64,000 nucleotides of DNA from contig JBCCQQ010000003.1 of NCBI GenBank assembly GCA_039024555.1, forward strand, positions 140,615 through 204,614, given 5' to 3'. Shown piece after piece: positions 53,134 through 64,000 of the stretch (positions are counted from its first letter, which is position 1; the number at the start of each line of letters is the position of its first letter). The DNA comes from Cyanobacteria bacterium P01_D01_bin.156. Lineage in GTDB: Bacteria; Cyanobacteriota; Cyanobacteriia; Phormidesmidales; Phormidesmidaceae. The notes below the pieces were generated by a model. That model was not told the DNA's origin. It did no database searches and saw nothing but the letters and a program-made list of their open reading frames with translations. Made by a program: the position numbers and the translations under genes.

Positions 53134-53262
53134 TCGGAGCAAGCCATGCAGCTAGCGCTCTGACTGTCGTAGAAAGTTGAATTTACAACCGTTAAAGTTA
53201 TGAACTAATTGTTAAGGTAGTGGTGAGTGCGCAACTGGCCAACAGACAACAATGTGTTTCCC

Positions 53263-54042
53263 ATGACTATAACGGTTTCTCATATCGCTCGTCGGAAGCA
53301 GGAGAACCAGCTCATATCGGTTCTGACTGCTTGGGATTATCTCTCTGCACAAATTGTGGATGCAGCTGATGTTGATATGGTGCTAGTAGGTGACTCTCTG
53401 GCGATGCCAGTGCTGGGATACGATACAACAATCCCGTTAACCTTAGATGAGATTATTCACCATGCTAAAGCCGTCCGTCGTGGTTTGTCTAAAGCCATGA
53501 TGGTGGTCGATCTGCCGTTTTTGACATACCAGATTAGCTCCGAACAAGCTATGGCCAGCGCAGGCCGAGTGATGAAGGAGACAGGTGCCCAAGCTGTCAA
53601 GATTGAGGGGGGTTATCCAGACATGGTGGCGACGGTAACCCGTTTAGTTCAGAGCGGCATTCCAGTAATGGGACATGTTGGATTAACACCACAATCAGTC
53701 AACCAATTTGGGGGATTTCGCAAACAGGGAAAAACGACTGAATCGGCGCAGCGAATTTTGGCGGAAGCCCAAGACTTAGAGACAGCCGGTGCATTTTCTA
53801 TTGTTCTAGAACACATACCGACGGATGTAGCCGAACGCATTACTAAAACGTTGACTATTCCCACTATTGGTATTGGGGCAGGTGCTAGCTGTGATGGTCA
53901 AGTGCTGGTTACATCTGACTTATTGGGACTATCTGACTGGCAACCACCTTTTGCCCAACCGATAGTGGATTTGCGATCGCAAGCTATTCAAGCTGTAAAA
54001 CAATTTTGCCAACAGGTACAAGGTCTGGACGTAACCCAATAA
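53263..54042 (+). CDS. panB: 3-methyl-2-oxobutanoate hydroxymethyltransferase
   Basis: [42 protein letters not shown] 53263. Confidence 0.96.
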   Translation: MTITVSHIARRKQENQLISVLTAWDYLSAQIVDAADVDMVLVGDSLAMPVLGYDTTIPLTLDEIIHHAKAVRRGLSKAMMVVDLPFLTYQISSEQAMASAGRVMKETGAQAVKIEGGYPDMVATVTRLVQSGIPVMGHVGLTPQSVNQFGGFRKQGKTTESAQRILAEAQDLETAGAFSIVLEHIPTDVAERITKTLTIPTIGIGAGASCDGQVLVTSDLLGLSDWQPPFAQPIVDLRSQAIQAVKQFCQQVQGLDVTQ

Positions 54043-54052
54043 TTAGCAGGAC

Positions 54053-54228
54053 ACCACACAATCTAGCGAAGAGGATAGCCGTAAATCCAGCTAAGCTTGC
54101 TAAGGAACCTGACATCAAGTGCGGTAGTCTTCAAATTGCGTCTTGCTGATTTAGGAGATGAGGTGCTCAATGTACCTAGCTGTGGATTTGGAGATGCCAG
54201 ATAAAATCACCTGGAAGCTCAACAACGT
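54053..54228 (+). ncRNA. ssrS: Probable cyanobacterial 6S RNA
   Basis: ORF-free stretch of about 180 nt with ACCACACAATCTAGCGAAG start, GGAACCTGACAT centre and CACCTGGAAG end, blocks recalled from cyanobacterial 6S RNAs; ends approximate. Confidence 0.65.
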
Positions 54229-54321
54229 CCAAAATTTACTATTGATGACTCCTCCAGACCACCCTAATCTAGGGCGAATTCTTATATAGATGCATTCGCG
54301 TAATATCTAAATTAATCAACT

Positions 54322-54984
54322 ATGGCTAAACTTTCTGCTGAACTACAGCGCTATTTTTTAGATGCTCCATCACTTACGCCTACAGCCCATGAAGCTGAAG
54401 CAGCACAGGTAGGAACATCCGGTGATAATGTCACCCTCAACGAGCTACTCACTCTAGGCGGAGAACGGACCTTTGGTTTTTTATTTGTACTGCTCTCGCT
54501 ACCCTCAGCGTTGCCTGTGCCTGCACCGGGTTATTCCATTCCCTTTGGCATTGTCATGTTATTACTGGCAGTGCAGCTGATCGTTGGTCGGAAACAACCT
54601 TGGCTACCCACAGGCTGGCTCTCCAAAGGCTTTGAACGAACCAAGGTTGCTGGCTTTATTACGAAGGGACTCCCGTGGTTACAAAAGATTGAAGCGGTCT
54701 CTCGACCACGGCTGTCGATTATTTGTACTAGCCCGCTGGGGCGTCTGGTATTAGGAATTGCGATCGCGCTAATGTCCATTGCCATGATGATTCCTATTCC
54801 CGGCACCAATACCGTGCCTGCCATCGGCATCTTTGTGATTGGGTTTGGTTTATTAGATGATGATGGCGCCATCAGCCTGGCAGGTCTGACCATCTGTACC
54901 CTGGCAATTGGCCTAGTCGGCTCAATTCTGTTCTTGGGAGCCGAAGCTGTGGACGGGATTAAAAACCAAATTCTGGGGCGTTAG
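54322..54984 (+). CDS. exoD: Exopolysaccharide synthesis protein ExoD
   Basis: MAKLS.EL, GERTFGFLFVLLSLPSALPVP, SRPRL, PIPGTNT.PA, DDG. Confidence 0.9.
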   Translation: MAKLSAELQRYFLDAPSLTPTAHEAEAAQVGTSGDNVTLNELLTLGGERTFGFLFVLLSLPSALPVPAPGYSIPFGIVMLLLAVQLIVGRKQPWLPTGWLSKGFERTKVAGFITKGLPWLQKIEAVSRPRLSIICTSPLGRLVLGIAIALMSIAMMIPIPGTNTVPAIGIFVIGFGLLDDDGAISLAGLTICTLAIGLVGSILFLGAEAVDGIKNQILGR

Positions 54985-55035
54985 GCTACAGGGTAAGGGG
55001 GGCTAACTGGCTTCCCAACGTAGCAAATTCCCCAT

Positions 55036-55533
55036 CTACATTAACTCTGGAAACTCATATACCACGACCCCAGAGTCTGGGCGATTGGTAACATCGGCAT
55101 AGCCAGACTTGACCATTGCTTTTAGTGTTTGCTCCACCTTTTCAAAAGATTGGCCTGTTTCCATAACGGCCTGAGTCACCGTAAGCTGGCCATCATGAAG
55201 CTTTGCTAAACGTAGCAAGTTTACCGTTAGCGTATCCTGACTAACTTCAGCCGCAACCGTTGCAGGCTGCTCAAACAATGTTTGCTGGCGCTTGCTGGCT
55301 AATTTTTTAATCCGGTCCTCTGCCATATCCGGAATCAGGATGAGATCAATAAACTGACCCAACCCAAAACACCCAAAGGTACCAAACCAAATAATCCCAG
55401 AAACAATTTTGCCGTTATATAGACGGTGCAAGCCAAATACCCCAACAAACATCCCTAGCCACAACAAGTAACTAAAGCGTTTGCGATCGCGCATCTCATC
55501 CGCAGATACAATGCTGGAGTTAGGGGAATTCAT
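55036..55533 (-). CDS. TM2 (NINE) domain membrane protein with C-terminal winged-helix-like domain
   Basis: GLHRLYNGK..SG..W..TFG.FG.GQ.IDL.LIP; GQLTVTQAVMETG...GVVVYEFPEL. Confidence 0.85.
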   Translation of the reverse strand: MNSPNSSIVSADEMRDRKRFSYLLWLGMFVGVFGLHRLYNGKIVSGIIWFGTFGCFGLGQFIDLILIPDMAEDRIKKLASKRQQTLFEQPATVAAEVSQDTLTVNLLRLAKLHDGQLTVTQAVMETGQSFEKVEQTLKAMVKSGYADVTNRPDSGVVVYEFPELM

Positions 55534-55620
55534 GATTCAATCCTGGGTGGACCTGCATTACCAGATTACAAAGTGAACTTCAAAATGGCAGCCTCTGTTT
55601 TGGAGAGTTAACCGAACGCA

Positions 55621-57048
55621 TCACTGCTCCCGACGACCGGCTCCACGTCGCAAACGCTGCAGTAAATCTTGAGCGTCTTCTCTACTCATACCTAACCGCT
55701 CTCGGGAATGCTGCCAAAAACGCTCCCACCAATCATCAGGCTGGGTATGGTCACCGTCATAATCAGTCGGGCGGCCTTGGCGACCATCCAGTACTAAACT
55801 GCCGACATAGTCAGCATCGTCATACACCTTCTGAATTTGCTCATGGATTTCGCGCATATCATCAGCAGAGACCACTCCATTGCTCGTAGCCTTATAAAAC
55901 TGAACCGTGACGCGAATGGGAAAATCTGGATCTCGCTCAATTTCAAGGTCATCAATTTCAGTAAAGGGACCTTCCACTTCGCCATGGCCAATGACAGCAG
56001 CTTCCACATTGCTGCTACGTGCCATCGCCGCCTCAGGAACGGCAGCACCAACTGCATCCATCAAAACAGGCGCAGCTGGTAGAAATGGTTGCTTTTGCCT
56101 TAAAGGCACCTGAATCAGCATCACCATATTCAAGCCCGCCTTTTCACCTGCCGTAGTACCACTCTCAGTTGATAGATCGGCTGTTTCTGTAGCTAACTGA
56201 AAATCACTCAGTCGCTGTCCGGTTAGACTTGCCCGTTCACCATTTTGATTAAAAAATAATCGCTGTCCCCACGTTTGTCCTGCATCAAAACCATCACGTT
56301 GGTTGTCGATAACTGTCACACTCGTCCCTTCCCGAGTCACCAGTAACGTCAGGACTGCTGGATCCTCTGGGTAAGATTGATAATTAAACAAAACAGGATT
56401 AAAGGTAGCTGCATCTCCTTGAGGAATAGGCAGAAATGCAGCTTGAGCACTTACCAGAACATGACTATCGCGCTCTGCCAGTAATGATTTTTCGGTACCT
56501 TTCCAAGAGTCTGGCTGACTTAGATAGCTACGTAGATCGCCTAAGACATCTTCTAAGGAAACTCGCTGTAGGTCATCTCCCTTTTCATTTCCTGTGAGCA
56601 CATAAAACTGATCTATGGGCACATCACCAGTAATATCCGAAAAGTTGGGATATCGGATTACCGGCATAAGATTTAGTGAATAATCGCCAGTATCCGGATT
56701 TTGCTGCTGGACCTGAATGGTCATGTCACTGATGTTGGGACCCACAGCAGAATTGTCGTAGCGGCCAGTATCTTCCCAAGTAACATCCACAATATCTAAT
56801 CCCCAACGGTCCGCCAGGGTCTGACTACTCTGGTCGTAAATCATGGAGCGAGTACGCTCTATCACCTGGCGATAGTCATCGAAACGCTGGCGACGAACAA
56901 TCCGTGGCATTTCCTTCATATTCTTAGCTATGGATGGGGTTACATCAGGAGAAAAGTTTGCTTCAGCTTGTTGACATAGGCTAACCATCGCTACTGCACC
57001 TATGCCCCACCACCACAGTTGTCTAGCCATAAATTGAATTTCCATCAA
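55621..57048 (-). CDS. Secreted hypothetical protein (start may be ATG 57045 or 57030)
   Basis: 475-aa ORF with signal-like N-terminus; motif-like blocks WEDTGRY..S.VGPNISDMT, VLFNYQS, PIRVTVQFY. Confidence 0.8.
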   Translation of the reverse strand: MMEIQFMARQLWWWGIGAVAMVSLCQQAEANFSPDVTPSIAKNMKEMPRIVRRQRFDDYRQVIERTRSMIYDQSSQTLADRWGLDIVDVTWEDTGRYDNSAVGPNISDMTIQVQQQNPDTGDYSLNLMPVIRYPNFSDITGDVPIDQFYVLTGNEKGDDLQRVSLEDVLGDLRSYLSQPDSWKGTEKSLLAERDSHVLVSAQAAFLPIPQGDAATFNPVLFNYQSYPEDPAVLTLLVTREGTSVTVIDNQRDGFDAGQTWGQRLFFNQNGERASLTGQRLSDFQLATETADLSTESGTTAGEKAGLNMVMLIQVPLRQKQPFLPAAPVLMDAVGAAVPEAAMARSSNVEAAVIGHGEVEGPFTEIDDLEIERDPDFPIRVTVQFYKATSNGVVSADDMREIHEQIQKVYDDADYVGSLVLDGRQGRPTDYDGDHTQPDDWWERFWQHSRERLGMSREDAQDLLQRLRRGAGRREQ

Positions 57049-57133
57049 CGATAATCTCAGGATAGATAGGGATTCATCAAAAATTGAGGAGGTTACAGAA
57101 ATTGAAACTACACAATCTCACGATCACCAGCGA

Positions 57134-57730
57134 TCACCAAGGTGGCCCCATCCAAGTGCAGTCATTCCCACAATCCCGGTTGACCATGGTCATGTCGCCT
57201 GAAGCGGGTGCAGCAGCACATGGATCGTTACGAGTGGTAATCACAATGCAGGGATAGTTAAAAGAGCTTCTTTCTGAGAAAAAGAAAAAGCCTTCCATGT
57301 CAAATTCTTTGTCATGCCCATGAACAGCATATAGGGGAGGTTGTTGTTCTAGAATCTCTTATAAACATGAAAGACTCTTAGCTTCTTCATCATAAAAAGC
57401 AACAACAAACGAGCGTAAATTCTTGTGTACAGTCTGGATTATCTTTCTTAGAACCGTTGACTTTACCAGTTGTTGTTTTTACTTCTGAACCACGACGATG
57501 AGATAGGCTGGCCCAACCATAGGTTCTCCACCCCGCAACATTAGCATCTCTCACAATGACAACATTTTGTCCTATCTTAAAGGTAAAGCAACCATTTGCT
57601 GAGACCTCTGTTGTTTAAACGCCTACCAGCTAGGGGGAATTTTTTGTGCAGCCCGCATCATTAGGGAATCATCTATTGCAGCAACCCCTTGAGAACTAAT
57701 TTGACCTCCCAGCCATGGTGTTAATTCAAT
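57134..57730 (-). pseudogene. Degraded, internally deleted FAD-dependent oxidoreductase (PF12831-like) remnant
   Basis: Manual translation gives IELTPWLGGQISSQGVAAIDD..PPSW* (TAG at 57623-57625), then in another frame GWASLSHRRGSEVKTTTGK..DNPDCTQEFT, then EFDMEGF..FNY..IVITTRNDP..GDMTMVN..GND; several stops and frameshifts. Confidence 0.7.
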
Positions 57731-57751
57731 ACTAGAATTGCTTTGGCTTTC

Positions 57752-59140
57752 TTAACCAGCTCGGTCCTCAGAAAGGATATATTCATTTATCAGATGCTGA
57801 AACCGTTGTGTGAGAATCACAGCAGCAACCATCTGGCCTAAGGCCAAACACCCCCACAGACCCAAGCCTTGCCATCCTAGCCAGTGCCCCACAGCATAGC
57901 CTAGACCGAGGCCCACTCCCCAATGGGATAGCACATCCACCATCGCTAGGATATGAGTATCTTTGAGGCCTTGGAGTGTACCAGCACTAATCAGTCGGAT
58001 ACCCTGAGCTATTTGAAAGACAATCCCTATTTTGAATAGTGTGGCTGCTACACGAACGGTTTCGGTATTCTCTGGCAGAGTAACATCGAGATACAATCCA
58101 GCAATCTCTGTTGGAAATATCCATAAAGGGATAGATAACAGCACCACTAGGCCACCATTCATGAATAGATTGGCATAGGCTACTCGCCTTGCCGCTCGTG
58201 GAGCTTTTGCTCCAATGTTATGGCCAGTGCGCATAGCTGCAGCATAGGCAAACCCCCAGGAAAACATTAACAATAGTTCCGTGGTAGTCATAACAATACG
58301 ATGGGCTGCTAAAAGATCGGTACTCCACAGTCCCATAAGCAGGGCCGCTGCTGTAAGGGCACCCATTTCAGTCCCATAATCCACACACAGGGGCCAGCCT
58401 AAGTGAATAATTTCAGAGAGGATGGCGCGATCGCACCGCCACCACAGTCTTAGCAATCGCAATCGCCTTAATGCAGGATAGAGTTGCACCACCACAATGG
58501 CCAAGCCAAACGTGAACCAAAAAGCGCAGGTACTTGCCCAGCCAATACCTGCTAGACCTAGCTCAGGTAACCCCCACTTCCCATACATCAGTCCATGGTT
58601 TAAACCTACATTGAGCGGAATACTCAGCCCCATTAAGGCAACCACTAAACTAGGCCGAGCAAGCGCGGTCAAAATTTCCTTAAAGACAAACACAGCCAGT
58701 GCTGCAGGTAACCCCCACAGAATGGCGCGCAAGTACACCATCGCTCCATCGGTAATGACTGGCTGCTGACCCAAGAGCGGAAATACCGTGTCTAGATGCC
58801 AAATAATCGCCATAACTGGCAACGCAACAGTAAAACTCAGCCACAGACCTTGAACATTGATGCGACTCACCCTGTGGCTATCTTGAGCACCGTGAGCTTC
58901 AGCTGCGATCGCGCCAGTCATTTCTAACAGCCCCGTTCCTAACGCTAGCAACATCCAAAATGTCGTTGCCCCCAGACCTCCTGAAGCTAGAGCCACTGTT
59001 CCTAATTCCCCCATCATTAGAGTATCAATCAGGCTGATGGCCCCTTCAGACAACTGAATGAACATCAATGGAATCGCAAGTTTAAGAGACGCTCGTACTT
59101 CGGCCCAAAAGTGCAAACGTCGATTCAAAAAGGCCAACAT
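57752..59140 (-). CDS. MATE family efflux transporter (NorM-like)
   Basis: LKLAIPL, IDTLMMG.LG..ALA, NHGLMYGKWGLPELGLAGIGWAS, G.LQGLKDT; ATG 59140. Confidence 0.9.
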   Translation of the reverse strand: MLAFLNRRLHFWAEVRASLKLAIPLMFIQLSEGAISLIDTLMMGELGTVALASGGLGATTFWMLLALGTGLLEMTGAIAAEAHGAQDSHRVSRINVQGLWLSFTVALPVMAIIWHLDTVFPLLGQQPVITDGAMVYLRAILWGLPAALAVFVFKEILTALARPSLVVALMGLSIPLNVGLNHGLMYGKWGLPELGLAGIGWASTCAFWFTFGLAIVVVQLYPALRRLRLLRLWWRCDRAILSEIIHLGWPLCVDYGTEMGALTAAALLMGLWSTDLLAAHRIVMTTTELLLMFSWGFAYAAAMRTGHNIGAKAPRAARRVAYANLFMNGGLVVLLSIPLWIFPTEIAGLYLDVTLPENTETVRVAATLFKIGIVFQIAQGIRLISAGTLQGLKDTHILAMVDVLSHWGVGLGLGYAVGHWLGWQGLGLWGCLALGQMVAAVILTQRFQHLINEYILSEDRAG

Positions 59141-59220
59141 GGTATGCACAGCTGATTTCAGCAAAAGCAGTCACTTTAACCACCGTCTCATAATCAGGTA
59201 TCGTTGATTTGATAGGTTAG

Positions 59221-60474
<1,254 letters not shown>

Positions 60475-60547
60475 CTGTTGTTAAACACAGTAAATTGGCA
60501 AGCTTATTTCGAAGAAAAACAGCCATATCATTTTCCTAGGATTGGTT

Positions 60548-63500
60548 TTACGCAATCAGGCAAGGTGAAATGTGGGGATACAGCTCAGCAGTTTTTGCAA
60601 CACCTGCCAACATTTCTTCAACTGCATCAGGAGTCAGGGGTCGGGAGAATAAGTATCCCTGCCCGAGCTCGCAGCCTAAGGATTGAAGCTGTTGCAAATG
60701 GTGATCTGTTTCAATCCCCTCAGCAACTACTGTAAGCCCAAGCTGTCTACCCAGAGCCAGAATAGTACTCACCACCTGATAGTTACGATTGTCTGAATGC
60801 ATATCTCTAACGAACGAACGATCAATTTTTAAGTTATGGATAGGTAAACGATGCAGATAGCTAAGAGATGAATAGCCAGTACCAAAATCATCGATGCTAA
60901 TCTGAATCTGTCTGGATGCTAACTGATGCAATAACTCAATAGTTTGATCGATATCATGGATCAACATGCTCTCAGTAATTTCTAAGGTAATTAGGTTCCC
61001 TGGTAAATTCATAACCCCCAGAAGATAGTCAATCTCATCCAGTAAACTAGCCTTGCCCAGATCCTGAACAGATAAGTTAATACTCATTTTCAAAGGAAAC
61101 TGTTGCAAAAACTGTTTTTGCCAATCAAGTATCTGTTCACATGCATGACGAAGCACCCAACTATCCAATGGAATGACTAATCCAGTTTCTTCAGCAATGG
61201 GAATAAATTCATTAGGAGAGATTAACCCTCGACTTGGATGATGCCATCGAACGAGTGCTTCAAATCCAACAAGTTTCTGGGTCTTTAAGTCAACAATAGG
61301 TTGATAGCACAGTCTGAATTCTTGTTGATTGAGAGCCCGACGGAGATCGGTCTCCAACGTGAGACGACCCATCACCTCTGAATACATCAATGAATCAAAG
61401 AATTTATAGGAATTCACTTCCTGCGCCTTAGCACGATACATGGCAATATCAGCATCCCGAATTACATTGGATGCATCGTGATAATGCTCATTTCCTAAGA
61501 CAATACCAATGCTTGCACTGGTAAAGATCTTATGATCATTAATAACAATCGGGAGTCGACAATCCGCTAGAATTCGCTCAGCAATTTGAATGACGGCTTC
61601 AACAGTCGTGACATCCTCAAGTAAAATGACAAACTCATCCCCTCCCAAACGAGCTACTATATCGGTCTTACGCAAGTATTTCTTTAGCCGTTTTGAGACT
61701 TCAATGAGGAGTTTGTCGCCGATAAAATGTCCTAAACTATCGTTAATAACCTTAAACCGGTCTAAATCTAGAAAGAGCAAAGCATAGTGATAGCGGTTGA
61801 GAGATTGAGCCTGCTTTAAGGCAAACGTTAATCGCTCTAGTAAGAAGCGCCTATTGGGTAAACCCGTTAGCGGGTCGTGCAATGCATTGTGGCTAATTTG
61901 AGCCTCAGCCTGTTTAAGATCACTGATATCACGACAAACAGAAATTATCAGACCATTATCCATTGAGGTGAGTGACACTCCTTGGACATAGGTGGAACCA
62001 TCTTTACGGGTAGCAACAGCCTCTCCCTGCCAAGCACCATCCCTCTCTAAAACTGGGCATACGTTCTGTTTCAGACGTGATACCTCTTTTGGATCGTACA
62101 GAGTTTGCCAAGATTGCCCCAATAACTCTTCGGCCCGCGTATATGAAAACAGGTTCAGATAAGCCTGATTCACATAAATAAAAATGCCATTTTGGAGGAT
62201 ACCAATGCCATCGATTGCGGCTTCAATCGCTGCTAATTGCTGTTTAACTGTTTCTATGGCTACTTTCTTATCCGTAATATCTTGCCAGGTACCCAGGACT
62301 CCAATCACATCTCCCTTCAAATTATGCAGAGGTAGTTTATTTGTCTCAATCCAACGTTGACAACCATCAGGCAGATAGTGAGCTGTAATAATTCCTAATT
62401 TAGAAGTATCAGAGTCCATAACTTGGCGATCGCTTTCGCGCAAGAGTTCAGCGTCCTCCACTGTGCGAGAAAACTCATAATCTGTTCTGCCTTGAATATC
62501 TGCCAGACTGGAAACGCCCATGCATGCAAAAAAGTTACGATTTCCCCCCAGGTATATAGAGTTACGATCTTTCCAAAAGATCTGCAATGGAAATGTATCA
62601 AGGACTGTTTGCAAAAACTGTTCTCTTTCCTGTAATTCGGCAGTGCGTTCTGTCACTTTAAGCTCTAGTGCATGATTTAGCTTCTCTAGCGCTAGATTAG
62701 CTCGCTGACGCTCTAATTCAGCCGCTGCACGAGCTGCAAAGGCCTGCAAAATAGGAATAGCCTTTTGTCCTTCATCTAGAGGTTGATGATGAAAAATGCA
62801 AAAAACTCCAGTCACGTTGTCATGGACATCCCGAAGAGCAACCCCTAAACAACTCTCTGCATTCATGTTGGATAATACATGATTATTAGGAAAGTGCTTT
62901 TGAATATCATAGTCACAGTGATAAAACCCAGTCTGTATAATTTGCTCAGAAGGAGTTCCAGACAATGCATAACGATGGTTAGGATGAAGCTCCCCATTTG
63001 CCCAAACGGCTAACGTACTAAGCATTTGATGCCCATCACAAAGCTCAGCCACAAACACATAAGAAACATTCAATGCTTCAGCAATATGTCTAGCTAATGC
63101 TGGAAAAAAGTCCTGACCTGTGGTGGCTGCAGTTCCTGCAATTAAATTCTGTAGCTGCAGTTCTGCTCGTTTGCGATCGCTAATATCTGTTTCTACACTA
63201 GTGATCTCCCAATAGTGGCCTGTTTCCTGCCACCGTGCAAAGCTATTGGCTAAAACCCAACAAATGGAGCCATCTTTACGACGCAGCCGATATTCCATAT
63301 TGTGAGTAGACGTCTGCTTCGTGCTCAGGATTGCGTCTATTGCTGGCAAGATAGAAGTTGTCCAATCCTCAGGAACAACACTGGACTGCCAAATCTGTGG
63401 TGCTGACAATAACTCTTCAGCAGAATATCCAGAATTATCAACACAATGGGGTGAGATATAGTCATATTGCATTGACTTATCTGGATAAAGCCGCCAGCGA

Positions 63501-63862
63501 ATAATACCTGCGATCGCACTATCTAAAACCTCACTAAGCTGCTTTTGGGAGCTTTGCAATTGCAGTTCTAATTGCTTACGTACCGTAATATCCTGATAGG
63601 TTCCCAAGACACCTACCACAGCGCCTGATAGATCTTGAAGCGGTAATTTATTAGTCTCAACCCAGATCTGTTGTCCATCCCTTTGCAAAAAAGATTCTTC
63701 TACACCAAGCTTTGGAGTTTCAGACTGCATGACTTGCCGATCGTCTATCTGAGTATGGGCGGCATACTCCGCTCCCCAAGGCATGTCATAGTCTGTTTTA
63801 CCCACCATGTCAGTCGCCGTTGAACCTAACACTCTTGAGTAATTACGGTTACAGCCTAGATA
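60548..63862 (-). pseudogene. 3' portion of a PAS/GAF-GGDEF-EAL diguanylate cyclase/phosphodiesterase gene, 5'-truncated by IS insertion
   Basis: Several PAS domains, GAF, ARLGGDEF, FEALVRW, DDFGTGYSSL. The reading frame begins mid-PAS at YLGCN, whereas an internal paralogous PAS reads FWKDRNSIYLGGN. Confidence 0.8.
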
Positions 63863-64000
63863 GGGTTTGCTGTTAAAGTCAGGCACCCAGATTTTGCAAG
63901 GGTTTCAATCTATTGCGACGTGCTTAAGTGCACGGGAAACTAGCTAAAATGCTCACAACCCTTGCACCTACTTCGGGAAATGTACCGACAACCTTCTCCC
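63863..64000 (+). mobile_element. Left end of an IS5-family-like insertion sequence (transposase starts at 63980, MYRQPSP...)
   Basis: TA|GGGTTTGCTGTTAAAGTC end sits exactly where PAS homology stops; ATG TAC CGA start resembles cyanobacterial IS5 transposase N-termini (recalled); only 138 bp visible. Confidence 0.7.

Noticed and set aside
57134..57298. 54-aa Cys-rich ORF (MEGFFFF...DCGNDCTWMGPPW) next to a MATE, resembling a RiPP precursor
   Set aside because: It is collinear with the FAD-oxidoreductase remnants upstream and no modifying enzymes are nearby, so it is best explained as pseudogene debris

Overview
Chromosomal window from a beta-cyanobacterium. The evidence is form IB rbcL-rbcX-rbcS, the ndhA-I-G-E operon, nblS/hik33, petJ and frequent HIP1 GCGATCGC octamers; a filamentous Leptolyngbya-like strain is an inference. 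Most of the window is housekeeping: lipA, metH, ndh genes, gltA, sixA, alr, peroxiredoxins, gshA, purD, panB, tRNA-Ser(GCT), tRNA-Met(CAT) and a probable 6S RNA. Three accessory-looking stretches interrupt it. (1) 27.5-36 kb: a zinc-ribbon/DUF218 protein and a stand-alone Dda/RecD-like SF1B helicase, divergent from a 1360-aa (TIR-helical)x3-TM-(WD40)x14 protein whose 3' end overlaps a c-type-haem DUF3365 sensor with no output domain, followed by an SGNH hydrolase. This is the best candidate for an undescribed receptor/defence system. (2) 43.2-49 kb: two PEP-CTERM surface proteins and a Crp/Fnr + GAF-PAS histidine kinase pair whose phospho-acceptor His is replaced by Tyr, immediately downstream of rbcLXS. 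(3) 55-64 kb: a secreted protein of unknown function, a decayed FAD-oxidoreductase pseudogene absent from the ORF track, a divergent MATE/cfa pair, and a PAS/GAF-GGDEF-EAL gene cut by an IS5-like element that starts at the right edge. All family assignments come from motif recognition by eye; no database searches were run.
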